This document shows positions 31,906-43,000 of a stretch of 64,000 nucleotides of DNA, piece by piece. Numbering within the stretch: position 1 is the first letter of the stretch; every line of letters begins with the position of its first letter. The stretch is taken from contig NZ_DATELE010000275.1 in NCBI RefSeq assembly GCF_035277045.1, positions 30,106-94,105 of the forward strand. Reading direction: 5' to 3'. The notes under the pieces are model-generated. The model was not told the DNA's origin, made no database searches, and was given only the letters and a program-made list of their open reading frames with translations. Source of the DNA: Pseudomonas sp. (GTDB lineage Bacteria; Pseudomonadota; Gammaproteobacteria; Pseudomonadales; Pseudomonadaceae). The position numbers and the translations under genes are program-made.

Positions 31906-31977
31906 TACCGTCTGTTCGCAGAAATACCTGTGGGAATTGCATGGTTCGATTGAAACCATGGAGCTGCTGTGCCTCTG

Positions 31978-32016
31978 ACGGCCTCTTCGCTGGCAAGCCA
32001 GCTCCCACGGGTACAG
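31978..32016. repeat. REP (repetitive extragenic palindromic) element
   Basis: ACGGCCTCTTCGCTGGCAAGCCAGCTCCCACGGGTACAG contains a GCTGGC/GCCAGC stem. It closely resembles the Pseudomonas REP consensus GCCTCTTCGCGGGxAAxCCCGCTCC (from memory). Confidence 0.6.
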
Positions 32017-32078
32017 CGCCAGCCCATTGATTCACCGCTGGCCTGTGAGGGTTTCCCCCGACACTCCAGACGCCTCCA

Positions 32079-32092
32079 TTCGGATTCCCGAA
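32079..32092. promoter_or_regulatory. Candidate AauR enhancer site, perfect TTCGG-N4-CCGAA palindrome
   Basis: CATTCGGATTCCCGAATG has 7-bp inverted arms, about 120 bp upstream of the sigma54 promoter of aatJ. The motif matches the AauR site reported for P. putida (recalled, not checked). Confidence 0.5.
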
Positions 32093-32109
32093 TGACTCCA
32101 CCCTATTCG

Positions 32110-32123
32110 TTCGGTGCCCCGGA
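32110..32123. promoter_or_regulatory. Second AauR-like site (TTCGG-TGCC-CCGGA, one mismatch)
   Basis: It lies 31 bp downstream of the perfect site. Confidence 0.35.
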
Positions 32124-32200
32124 CACTTCCCCTCCCCGCAAATCCTTCAAAAAACCTTGATCCCCAGACTTTTCACGGCGTTATGATCCATGGCGGAGCT

Positions 32201-32216
32201 TGGCACGAGTCATGCT
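32201..32216 (+). promoter_or_regulatory. Sigma54 (-24/-12) promoter of aatJ
   Basis: TGGCACGAGTCATGCT against the consensus TGGCACG-N4-TTGCW has GG and GC correctly spaced with one mismatch. The cognate sigma54 activator aauR is in the same window. Confidence 0.65.
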
Positions 32217-32317
32217 CTACACTCTGTACCCGAATACATCGCTCGCAGAGATGGGTTCGTTGAACGAAAGAGTCCGCCAACGGCTCCATAAAAAAAATAA
32301 CCGTCGAGGAAAATTAG

Positions 32318-33232
32318 ATGCGTATCGTTCGTCACCTGTTGGGCGCCGCCATCGCGGCAGCTGTCATCAGCTCGCCAGTCATGGCCGAAGAGCTGACCGG
32401 CACCCTCAAGAAGGTCAAGGATTCTGGCACCATCACCCTGGGCCACCGGGATTCTTCCATTCCGTTCTCCTACATCGCCGATGCGTCTGGCAAGCCCGTG
32501 GGCTACTCCCACGACATCCAGGTCGCCATCGTCGAGCACCTGAAAAAGCAGCTCGACGCGCCTGACCTTAAGGTCCGCTACAACCTGGTCACCTCGCAGA
32601 CGCGTATCCCACTGGTGCAGAACGGCACCGTCGACGTGGAGTGTGGCTCGACCACCAACAACGTCGAGCGTCAGCAGCAGGTCGACTTCTCGGTCGGCAT
32701 TTTCGAAGTGGGTACCCGCCTGCTGGCCAAGAAGGATTCCAAGTACAAGGACTTCCCCGACCTGGCCGGCAAGAACGTGGTGACCACCGCTGGCACCACC
32801 TCCGAGCGCCTGCTCAAGGCCATGAACGCCGACAAGCAGATGAAGATGAACGTCATCTCGGCCAAGGACCACGGCGAGTCGTTCCAGATGCTCGAGTCCG
32901 GCCGCGCCGTGGCCTTCATGATGGACGACGCCCTGCTCGCCGGCGAAATGGCCAAGGCCAAGAAACCCACCGACTGGGAAGTGACCGGTACCCCGCAGTC
33001 CTATGAGATCTATGGCTGCATGGTGCGCAAGGGTGACGCACCCTTCAAGAAGGCGGTCGATGACGCCATCGTCGCGCTGTACAAGTCGGGCGAGATCAAC
33101 AAGATCTACGACAAGTGGTTCACCCAGCCTGTGCCGCCAAAAGGCCTGAACCTCAACTTCCCGATGAGCGACGAGCTCAAGGAACTGATCGCCAATCCCA
33201 CCGACAAAGCCGCTGACGAAAAGAAGTCCTGA
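32318..33232 (+). CDS. aatJ: Glutamate/aspartate ABC transporter substrate-binding protein
   Basis: Signal peptide and family-3 SBP sequence. First gene of the four-gene aat operon, followed by aauSR. Confidence 0.9.
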   Translation: MRIVRHLLGAAIAAAVISSPVMAEELTGTLKKVKDSGTITLGHRDSSIPFSYIADASGKPVGYSHDIQVAIVEHLKKQLDAPDLKVRYNLVTSQTRIPLVQNGTVDVECGSTTNNVERQQQVDFSVGIFEVGTRLLAKKDSKYKDFPDLAGKNVVTTAGTTSERLLKAMNADKQMKMNVISAKDHGESFQMLESGRAVAFMMDDALLAGEMAKAKKPTDWEVTGTPQSYEIYGCMVRKGDAPFKKAVDDAIVALYKSGEINKIYDKWFTQPVPPKGLNLNFPMSDELKELIANPTDKAADEKKS

Positions 33233-33331
33233 CCCGCAGCTAGTTAGTGTCTAACCTTTCATCCGAGGGCGCCAGGCGCCCTTGGATGCTCGAAGGTGCC
33301 CGTGAAGCAACCGATCTGAGGGGAAATCCCG

Positions 33332-34078
33332 ATGAATTACAACTGGGACTGGGGCGTGTTCTTCAAGTCCACCGGCGTCGGCAGCGAGACCTATCTGGAC
33401 TGGTACATCACCGGCCTCGGATGGACCATCGCCATCGCCATCTGCGCCTGGATCATTGCCCTTGCGCTGGGCTCGGTACTGGGTGTCATGCGCACCGTGC
33501 CGAATCGCCTGGTATCGGGCATCGCCACCGCCTATGTGGAGCTGTTCCGCAACGTGCCGCTGCTGGTGCAGCTATTCATCTGGTACTTCCTGGTGCCCGA
33601 CCTGCTGCCCGAAGGCCTGCAGGAGTGGTTCAAGCAAGACCTCAACCCGACCACCTCGGCGCTGATCAGCGTGGTCATCTGCCTGGGCCTGTTCACCGCG
33701 GCCCGCGTCTGCGAACAGGTGCGCACCGGCATCCAGGCATTGCCACGTGGCCAGGAGGCCGCCGCCCGCGCCATGGGCTTCAGCCTGCCGCAGATCTACA
33801 CCAACGTGCTGCTGCCGCAAGCCTACCGGATCATCATTCCGCCGCTCACCTCCGAGTTTCTCAACGTCTTCAAGAACTCCTCGGTCGCCTCCCTGATCGG
33901 CCTGATGGAGCTGCTGGCGCAGACCAAGCAGACCGCCGAATTCTCCGCCAACCTGTTCGAGGCCTTCACCCTGGCCACGCTGATCTACTTCACTCTGAAC
34001 ATGGGCCTGATGCTGCTGATGCGCATGGTCGAGAAGAAGGTCGCGGTACCGGGCCTGATCTCCGTGGGAGGTAAATGA
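33332..34078 (+). CDS. aatQ: Glutamate/aspartate ABC transporter permease
   Basis: His/Glu/Gln/Arg/opine-family permease with an EAA-like loop (QEAAARAMG). Confidence 0.9.
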   Translation: MNYNWDWGVFFKSTGVGSETYLDWYITGLGWTIAIAICAWIIALALGSVLGVMRTVPNRLVSGIATAYVELFRNVPLLVQLFIWYFLVPDLLPEGLQEWFKQDLNPTTSALISVVICLGLFTAARVCEQVRTGIQALPRGQEAAARAMGFSLPQIYTNVLLPQAYRIIIPPLTSEFLNVFKNSSVASLIGLMELLAQTKQTAEFSANLFEAFTLATLIYFTLNMGLMLLMRMVEKKVAVPGLISVGGK

Positions 34079-34749
34079 TGGAAATGGACTTCACTGGCAT
34101 CGTCCCCGCCCTGCCCGCCCTGTGGAACGGCATGGTGATGACCCTGCAGCTGATGGTGATGGGCGTGGTCGGCGGCATCGTGCTCGGTACGATCCTGGCG
34201 CTGATGCGCCTGTCCTCGAGCAAGCTGATGTCGCGGATCGCTGGCGCCTACGTCAACTACTTCCGCTCGATCCCGCTGCTGCTGGTCATCACCTGGTTCT
34301 ACCTGGCGGTGCCGTTCGTGCTGCGCTGGATCACCGGCGAGGACACGCCGGTCGGGGCCTTCACGTCCTGCGTGGTCGCCTTCATGATGTTCGAGGCCGC
34401 GTACTTCTGCGAGATCGTCCGTGCGGGCGTGCAGTCGATCTCCAAGGGCCAGATGGGCGCCGCCCAGGCGCTCGGCATGACCTACGGCCAGACCATGCGC
34501 CTGATCATCCTGCCCCAGGCGTTTCGCAAGATGACCCCGCTGCTGCTGCAGCAGAGCATCATCCTGTTCCAGGACACCTCGCTGGTCTACACCGTGGGCC
34601 TGGTCGACTTCCTCAACTCGGCACGTGCCAGTGGCGACATCATCGGGCGCTCGAACGAGTTCCTGATCTTCGCGGGTCTCGTGTACTTCCTCGTCAGCTT
34701 CTCCGCTTCGTGGCTGGTCAAGCGTCTGCAGAAAAGGATCACCGTATGA
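34075..34749 (+). CDS. aatM: Glutamate/aspartate ABC transporter permease
   Basis: Second permease with the loop [10 protein letters not shown]. The start overlaps the aatQ stop. Alternative ATG at 34078. Confidence 0.9.
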   Translation: MMEMDFTGIVPALPALWNGMVMTLQLMVMGVVGGIVLGTILALMRLSSSKLMSRIAGAYVNYFRSIPLLLVITWFYLAVPFVLRWITGEDTPVGAFTSCVVAFMMFEAAYFCEIVRAGVQSISKGQMGAAQALGMTYGQTMRLIILPQAFRKMTPLLLQQSIILFQDTSLVYTVGLVDFLNSARASGDIIGRSNEFLIFAGLVYFLVSFSASWLVKRLQKRITV

Positions 34750-35480
34750 TTTCCATCAAGAACGTCAACAAATGGTACGGCGACTTCCAGGTGCTGACCG
34801 ACTGCAACACCGAGGTGAAGAAGGGTGAAGTGGTGGTGGTCTGCGGCCCGTCCGGTTCGGGCAAGTCGACGCTGATCAAGTGCGTCAACGCGCTGGAGCC
34901 GTTCCAGAAGGGCGATATCGCGGTCGATGGCACCTCGATCGCCGACCCGAAGACCAACCTGCCCAAGCTGCGCTCGCGCGTGGGCATGGTGTTCCAGCAT
35001 TTCGAGCTGTTCCCGCACCTGACCATCACCGAGAACCTGACCATCGCCCAGCGCAAGGTGCTGGGCCGCAGCGAGGCCGAGGCGACCAAGAAGGGCCTGG
35101 CCCTGCTGGAGCGCGTCGGCCTGAGCAGCCAGGCGAAGAAACACCCCGGCCAGCTGTCCGGCGGCCAGCAGCAACGTGTGGCCATCGCTCGCGCGCTGTC
35201 GATGGACCCGATCGTCATGCTGTTCGACGAACCGACCTCGGCGCTCGACCCCGAGATGGTCAGCGAGGTACTGGACGTGATGGTCGAGCTGGCCCACGAG
35301 GGCATGACCATGATGTGCGTGACCCACGAGATGGGCTTTGCGCGCAAGGTGGCCAACCGGGTGATCTTCATGGACAAGGGCCATATCATCGAGGACTGCA
35401 CCAAGGAACAGTTCTTTGGTGACCAGAACGCCCGTGACCCGCGCACCCAGCACTTCCTCAGCAAGATCCTGCAACACTAG
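34746..35480 (+). CDS. aatP: Glutamate/aspartate ABC transporter ATP-binding protein
   Basis: Walker [10 protein letters not shown], signature LSGGQQQR and Walker B MLFDEP. ATGA overlap with aatM. Confidence 0.95.
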   Translation: MISIKNVNKWYGDFQVLTDCNTEVKKGEVVVVCGPSGSGKSTLIKCVNALEPFQKGDIAVDGTSIADPKTNLPKLRSRVGMVFQHFELFPHLTITENLTIAQRKVLGRSEAEATKKGLALLERVGLSSQAKKHPGQLSGGQQQRVAIARALSMDPIVMLFDEPTSALDPEMVSEVLDVMVELAHEGMTMMCVTHEMGFARKVANRVIFMDKGHIIEDCTKEQFFGDQNARDPRTQHFLSKILQH

Positions 35481-35548
35481 AACACGGCCCCGGTCCGTTG
35501 CCAGGCAATTGCCAGGCAGCGGGCGCTGGCCGGGACAAGGCCACTGTG

Positions 35549-37462
35549 ATGAAATGCGACCCCGCACTTTTTCGCCCAGCCCAGCCTGCCCTTGCCGTGA
35601 AGCCCCGTCTGATCCGCCAACTGCTGCTACCGCCCCTGATCATCCTGCTGATGATCGGATTGGGCGTGGCCGGGTTCCTGATCAGCGAGGGCAACGGCAT
35701 CCGCACCCTGAGCGAGACCGGCGAGCGCCAGCTCGAGCTGCACGCGCGCACGGTCGAAAGCGAGATCAGCAAGTACACCTACCTGCCGAGCCTGCTCGAA
35801 CTCGAAGACAGCGTCTCCAGCCTGCTCACCCGCAGCGATGACGCCCACCGCCAGGCGGTCAACGAATACCTCGAAGGCCTGAACCGGCGCAGCCGCAGCC
35901 GGGCCATCTTCGTGCTCGACACCAGTGGCCGGGTACAGGCCACCAGCAATTGGCGCGACGCCGACTCCTTCCTCGGCGAAGACCTGTCGTTCCGCGCCTA
36001 TTTCCAGGATGCCGTGCGCGGCGAGCCGGGGCGCTTCTATGGCATCGGCAGCACCACCGGCGAGGCCGGCTACTTCCTGGCCCACGGCCTCGAAGAGCAC
36101 GGCAAGATCATCGGCGTGGCGGTGATCAAGGTACGCCTAGATACGCTTGAAGAGCGTTGGCAACGGGCTCGCCTGGAGGCCTTCGTCAGCGACGAGAACG
36201 GCATCATCATCCTCTCCAGCGACCCGGCCCGCCGCCTCAAGTCGGTCCGCCCGCTGACCCCGCAGACCAAGGAGCGCCTGGCGCGCAGCCTGCAGTACTA
36301 CTGGTGGCCGCTCAACGAGCTGCAACCCCTGGCGCGTGAAACCCTGGCCGATGGGGTCGAGAAGCTCACCTTCCCGGCCAACAGCGAGACGGACAAGGGC
36401 CGGCACCACGAGGTCGCCTACCTGGCGCAGACCCGTCGCCTGGCCGATACCCCCTGGCATTTCACCCTGCTCACGCCGCTGCAGGACCTGCGCCGCGAAG
36501 CGATGGTGCAAGGGGTGCTGGCGGGGGTCGCCTTTGCCTTGCTGGCCATTCTGCTGATTGCCTGGAACGAGCGGCGCAAGGTGCTCGCCACGCGCCTGGC
36601 CGCCCGTGAAGCCTTGCAGGAAGCCAACAGCCAGCTGGAGCGCAAGATCGCCGAGCGGACCGCCGACCTGCGCGCCAGCAACGATCGCCTCAAGGGCCAG
36701 ATCCGCGAGCGCCGGCATGCCGAGCAGACCTTGCGCCATGCCCAGGACGAGCTGGTGCAGGCCGGCAAGCTGGCGGCCATCGGGCAGATGTCCACCAGCA
36801 TCGCCCACGAACTCAACCAGCCCCTGGCAGCGCTGCGCACCCTGTCGGGCAACACCGTGCGGTTTCTCGAACGTGGCGCCCTGGAGACCGCCAGCACCAA
36901 CCTGCGCACCATGAACGCGCTGATCGACCGCATGGGCCGGATCACCGCCAGCCTGCGCTCGTTCGCCCGGCGCGGCGACGACCGCGGCCAGGCCTCGCTG
37001 GCCAAGGCCGTGGAGGCCAGCCTGCAGGTGCTGGGCAGCCGCATCGCCAGCTGCCACCTGCAGCTGCACAGCCAGTTCGACGACCCACAGCTGGCAATCG
37101 ACCAGACCCGCCTGGAACAGATCCTGGTCAACCTGATCGGAAATGCCCTGGATGCCATGGCCACCCAGCCACAGCCCGCGCTCTGGCTCGAAGGCGAGGC
37201 CCAGGGTGACAAATACCGCCTGCGGGTGCGCGACAACGGCCACGGCATCGATGTCGAGACCCGCAAGCACCTGTTCGAACCTTTTTTCACCACCAAGCCG
37301 GGCGAGCATGGCCTGGGCCTGGGCCTGACCCTGTCGGCCAGCCTGGCCGCCGCCGCCAAGGGCACCCTGAACGTCGAGCACCCTGCCGCTGGCGGCACTG
37401 CCTTCGTCCTCGCCCTGCCCCTGGCAGCGCGCCCCCCGTCAGACGCGGATGAACGCCCATGA
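35549..37462 (+). CDS. aauS: Sensor histidine kinase, DctB/AauS type
   Basis: Two TM segments flank a periplasmic domain. H-box SIAHELNQPL and N, G1 and G2 boxes (DNGHGI, GLGLGL). Alternative start at 35498. Confidence 0.85.
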   Translation: MKCDPALFRPAQPALAVKPRLIRQLLLPPLIILLMIGLGVAGFLISEGNGIRTLSETGERQLELHARTVESEISKYTYLPSLLELEDSVSSLLTRSDDAHRQAVNEYLEGLNRRSRSRAIFVLDTSGRVQATSNWRDADSFLGEDLSFRAYFQDAVRGEPGRFYGIGSTTGEAGYFLAHGLEEHGKIIGVAVIKVRLDTLEERWQRARLEAFVSDENGIIILSSDPARRLKSVRPLTPQTKERLARSLQYYWWPLNELQPLARETLADGVEKLTFPANSETDKGRHHEVAYLAQTRRLADTPWHFTLLTPLQDLRREAMVQGVLAGVAFALLAILLIAWNERRKVLATRLAAREALQEANSQLERKIAERTADLRASNDRLKGQIRERRHAEQTLRHAQDELVQAGKLAAIGQMSTSIAHELNQPLAALRTLSGNTVRFLERGALETASTNLRTMNALIDRMGRITASLRSFARRGDDRGQASLAKAVEASLQVLGSRIASCHLQLHSQFDDPQLAIDQTRLEQILVNLIGNALDAMATQPQPALWLEGEAQGDKYRLRVRDNGHGIDVETRKHLFEPFFTTKPGEHGLGLGLTLSASLAAAAKGTLNVEHPAAGGTAFVLALPLAARPPSDADERP

Positions 37463-37475
37463 GCAGAGACCCTCT

Positions 37476-38801
<1,326 letters not shown>

Positions 38802-38846
38802 GCGCAGGCCAGTCACACCGTTAGACCTGATATTCAGCGGATGGCC

Positions 38847-39869
38847 CTACAAGGGGCCATGCTGCTCCGGTCCTGCAAGGCCCGCCAACTGGCGAGGCGA
38901 CTCACGGTGGTCCTTCAGGTAGGGCAACACCACCCCAAGCAACGGCCCCTTGAACGGCGCCTGAAACCGATGCGCCAGCCCCGGTATCAGCCGCAGCTGG
39001 CTGCCCTGCACGTGCGCCGCCAGGTGCACCCCGTGCATCACCGGCAGCAGCGGGTCGGCCGTGCCGTGCACCACCAGCGTCGGCAGGCGCAGCTGATTGA
39101 GCAGCTCGACCCGGCTCGGCTCGGCAAGGATCGCCATGATCTGGCGCTTGGCGCCCTCGGGACTGAACGCCCGGTCGTAGGCCTCGGCGGCCTCCTGTAG
39201 CAACTGGGCGCGGTCATCGCGGACCTGCGGACTGCCCAGCGCGGCCAGCATGTCGGCCTGCTGCTCGATGGCCATCTCGCGGTTCGGCGCGCCGCGCCGC
39301 GCCAGCAACCGCACCAGCGCAGGGCTTGGCGCCGGCAGGCCTGCCGCGCCGGAGCTGGACATCACCAGGGTCAGGCTGCTCACCCGCTGGGGCACCATCG
39401 CCGCCAGGTGCTGGGCAATCATGCCGCCCATGCTCACGCCCAGCACATGAAACCGCCGGACCTTGAGCGCATCCATCAGGTGCAAGGCATCGCCGGCCAT
39501 GTCCGTCAGGGTATAGGGCGCCGCCACGGGGAGGCCGAGCTTGTAGCGCAACAGCTCGATCGTCAGGCTCGCCGTGGGCGGCGCCTGGTTCCAGCGTGAC
39601 AGCCCGACGTCACGGTTGTCGTAGCGGATCACCCGGAAACCTTGCTGGCACAAAGCCTCGACCACGTCACCGGGCCAGTGGATCAGCTGCCCACCTAGCC
39701 CCATGACCAGCAGCAGGACCGGATCAGCCGGGTCCCCGACGCTCTGGTAGACCAGGCTCAGCTCACCCAGCTCGGCCCGCAGGACCGGCGCCGAGAGGTC
39801 GCAGCGCGGGGCGGCGAACACCCCCGAAGTACTTATCAGGAAACAGAAAACAATCAGAAAAGCCCGCAT
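38847..39869 (-). CDS. Secreted alpha/beta-fold hydrolase
   Basis: Signal peptide [19 protein letters not shown] and nucleophile elbow GVSMG. 340 aa. The track's upstream extension is rejected. Confidence 0.85.
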   Translation of the reverse strand: MRAFLIVFCFLISTSGVFAAPRCDLSAPVLRAELGELSLVYQSVGDPADPVLLLVMGLGGQLIHWPGDVVEALCQQGFRVIRYDNRDVGLSRWNQAPPTASLTIELLRYKLGLPVAAPYTLTDMAGDALHLMDALKVRRFHVLGVSMGGMIAQHLAAMVPQRVSSLTLVMSSSGAAGLPAPSPALVRLLARRGAPNREMAIEQQADMLAALGSPQVRDDRAQLLQEAAEAYDRAFSPEGAKRQIMAILAEPSRVELLNQLRLPTLVVHGTADPLLPVMHGVHLAAHVQGSQLRLIPGLAHRFQAPFKGPLLGVVLPYLKDHRESPRQLAGLAGPEQHGPL

Positions 39870-40066
39870 GAACGAAACACCAGAACGCAGATCCCCAGTA
39901 ATGCGCGAGTGTGATGAATGGCGTGCGAGCGCGCTGCCACAGTTGCGTGACATTTTGATGACGGCCGCTCAACGGTATCCGCCGTAACTATCTACCGCTG
40001 CACCTGCCCCGCCACCAAGCCCAATGTGCCACGCCATTCCTGGCAACGACCCATTGGAGAACGTGC

Positions 40067-43000
40067 ATGAACGACCACCCCCTGGACACCTTGTCAGGCC
40101 TGCTTCACCTCACAGGTGCAGGCCCTGCCGAAACGGATGCGCTGCACCACGCCATCACACAGTGCACCCTGCACAGCGCGGCCTTTCACCAGCTCTTGCG
40201 AGCGGCCCCGACCCTGCCTGGGGAGCCTTGGGCCGAGTACTGGCGGGAGCGCGCCCAGGGCACCCCGCTGAGCCGGCGCGCCGCTGCCCTGGAGCACTTC
40301 ACCGGTCACGTGCATGCCAGCCACGATCACGCACTGCACGGCGGCATGCTCGAACGGGGCCAGTTGCGGGCGGTCTCCGGGGTGCTGGCGAACCCCGAAT
40401 GGCTGCGCTTCGAGGGCAGGCAACTGACGATCGAGACGCCGCTCCTGGCAGGCCGCGCGCTGCCCGGCGCCTTGATCTTCACGATCGAGGGGCAGCCGCA
40501 GGCGGCACTCTACCTTCCAGGGCGCCAGCCTGCCTTCAGTGTCCACGCCTCGCGCGAGGCGCTCGAGGTGCAACTGCTGGCGGACACTGAAACCGAGGGG
40601 CAGATCAGCTACCAAACGGTGGATTCGCTCACTGCAGGCTTCGACACGCTGATGGATCACCTGGGCCGAACGCCTCCTGACCCCGCGCGTGAAAGCCCGA
40701 CGGTACTTGCCGCACCGATGCCCCTTGATGCCCCACTGGACGAGCCCAACCCGCCATCACTGCATGATTTCGGCAGCCTGGCCGTGGATGTGCCCCCCTC
40801 CATCGCATCCCGGCAAGTGCGACGCCAGCTCGACCTGCTGCAGCCATTCGCCGAAACCCCTGACGCCCTCGACGTGCACCGGGTCGCCGTGCACAGCGCC
40901 CGCGCCAGCGCCGGCCAAGCCATCGACCGCTTGCTGCACGACGCCGCCTGGCGGGTGGCCCCTGTCAGCACCGCCGCCCTTGCCGAACTGGCCAACGCCC
41001 AGCATGACGGCTTGCGTGCCCATGCCCGCTTCCAGCAGCTGCTTGGAGAAATCAGCGCCCAGGAGCTGGGCTGGATCGAATCGCTGATCGCCCAAGACGA
41101 CACCTTTCCGGGGCCGGAGGCGCTGATCATTGCGGCGCATCCGCTGCTGTACCGCCCATCGGTCGAGGGACAGGACACCAGCGCGGACCGCCAGCTGATC
41201 GAAGAGGCGCTGGTCATCACCCACCGTGCCGCGCTGGACCGTTCCAACACCGACCACGCACTGTTGTTGTACTGGCCTGGCGAGCAAGGCGGGCTGCTGC
41301 GCTGCGCCAACCGCGGCGTGCTGGAGCAGTGCCTGGGTGCCGACCCACAGGCCGGTACCGCGGTTGGCCTGAGCCCGGTGCATGGTGATGTGCTCAAGGG
41401 CATCCTGGCCCTTCACCTGGATCGCGCGCGCGAGGCCACCGCGGCGGCGCCTGCTGACAACGATGCACTGGCCGCGCACGAAGACACGCTGCGCCACCGC
41501 CTGCAGGTACCGCAACACGCAGCTCGCGAAGTCGCACTGGATACCTTGCGCCATGAGCAGGACAGCGCCAGCCTGGCTGAAGTGCTGCCCGATTGGCTCG
41601 CCAGGACCCCGCAGGCCACCCGTCTCGTCCTGCGCGAGGTGCTCGACCGGTACACGACGGCGATGCGCCAGGCCCAGGCCTTGCTCGCCCGCGACCTGCC
41701 CCACCGCGAGCTGTTCTGCTGGCAACGCATCAACCGGCGTCTGCAGCAGGATTTCGACGGCTACGACGGTGCCCCGGTCAGTCTGGAGCTGCCCCGCAGC
41801 ACCTCGCGGCGCAGGGACCCCATCGCCGGCAGCGGCGCGCCAGGCGTGCCGTTCCGGGAAGTGCTGGTGCCCAGCGCCGAGCGCGAGCTGCTCTCCATTA
41901 CGGACGTGTTGCTGGAAAACCTCGACGAGACGATGACCGAACGCCTCAGGTTTCTGACCGTGCACTGCCCGACCGCCGATGACAGCGTGCGCCAGGCACT
42001 CGCCACCGGCATCGACAAGGACTACCTGCAGGCATTGGCCACCGAGCTCGACCTGCCTCAAGCCTACGAGGACTGCATACTGGCCAGTTACCGTGGCCTG
42101 GACGAGGCCCCCTACGCCGCGCAGTATCGCCGGGAGTGCCTGGTCGAGCCCTGGCGCCTGATGCTTGAGCTGCAAGGCCTGCTGGGCCTGGCCCAGGGCA
42201 AGCTGGATGCCGCGGGCCAAGCGATCCTGCGCATTGCCGTCGATGCGGACAGCCCCACGCGCTATCGCACCGAGCACCACGATATCCGCCTTGTCGGCGC
42301 GATGCTGTCCACTGGCGGAGAAGACACCGCCCACCAGCCTTCGACACTGGCAGGGGTGACCTTCATCAATGACCAGCGCAGCGGTATCACCCTGCTCTGC
42401 CTGCCCGAGCACCCTGACCAGCCGCTCACTCAGCACGCCAGCTTCGAAGCCGCACGGCTGGCGCTCCATGACCTGACAAGGGAAAGCGACGGGCGCAGCT
42501 ACCTGGCCAGCCGCGCCTTGCAGGGCGACCCCGAGGCCCATGCCTCGCGCATGCTGCAGGCCCTGGAGCATCGATTCGACGGGATCATCGCCCTGGGAAG
42601 CGTCTGGCCTGGAGATGTATCGCTGGCTCATCACCTGCTCGATGCGCAAATGGGGCGGGTGGTCGTGGCCCATCGGGCGACATCCCGTTCGAACAGCGAC
42701 CTGCGCCTGGAGCACTACGCCTACCAGAGCGGCATGGTCTTCAACTACCTGAAGATGGTGCTGGGTTTCGTCCCGGTGGTGGGCACGGTCATTGGTGTCT
42801 ACGATTTCTTCGCGGCCAGCTGGAACGCGGCCAAAGCCTTGGTGGAGGGACAGGGCTCGCGCGCGCTGGACGAGCTGGAACAGGCATTGCTCGCGCTCAT
42901 CGATGCCGCCATGGACCTGGCGCCCGGCGTCGGTGTCGCGGTCAATGCTGGCTCGGCGCGACGCCTGGCCCGGCAACGTCCCGTCATCCGCCGCTCGATC

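Noticed and set aside
31940-31960. A hairpin, CATGGTT-CGATTG-AAACCATG, containing GGTTCGATTG, which superficially resembles a tRNA T-arm. It could have been a tRNA fragment or an att-site remnant.
   Set aside because: There is no acceptor, D or anticodon arm around it, and the loop and stem register does not fit a T-arm. It is more likely part of the REP/terminator structure downstream of glpD.
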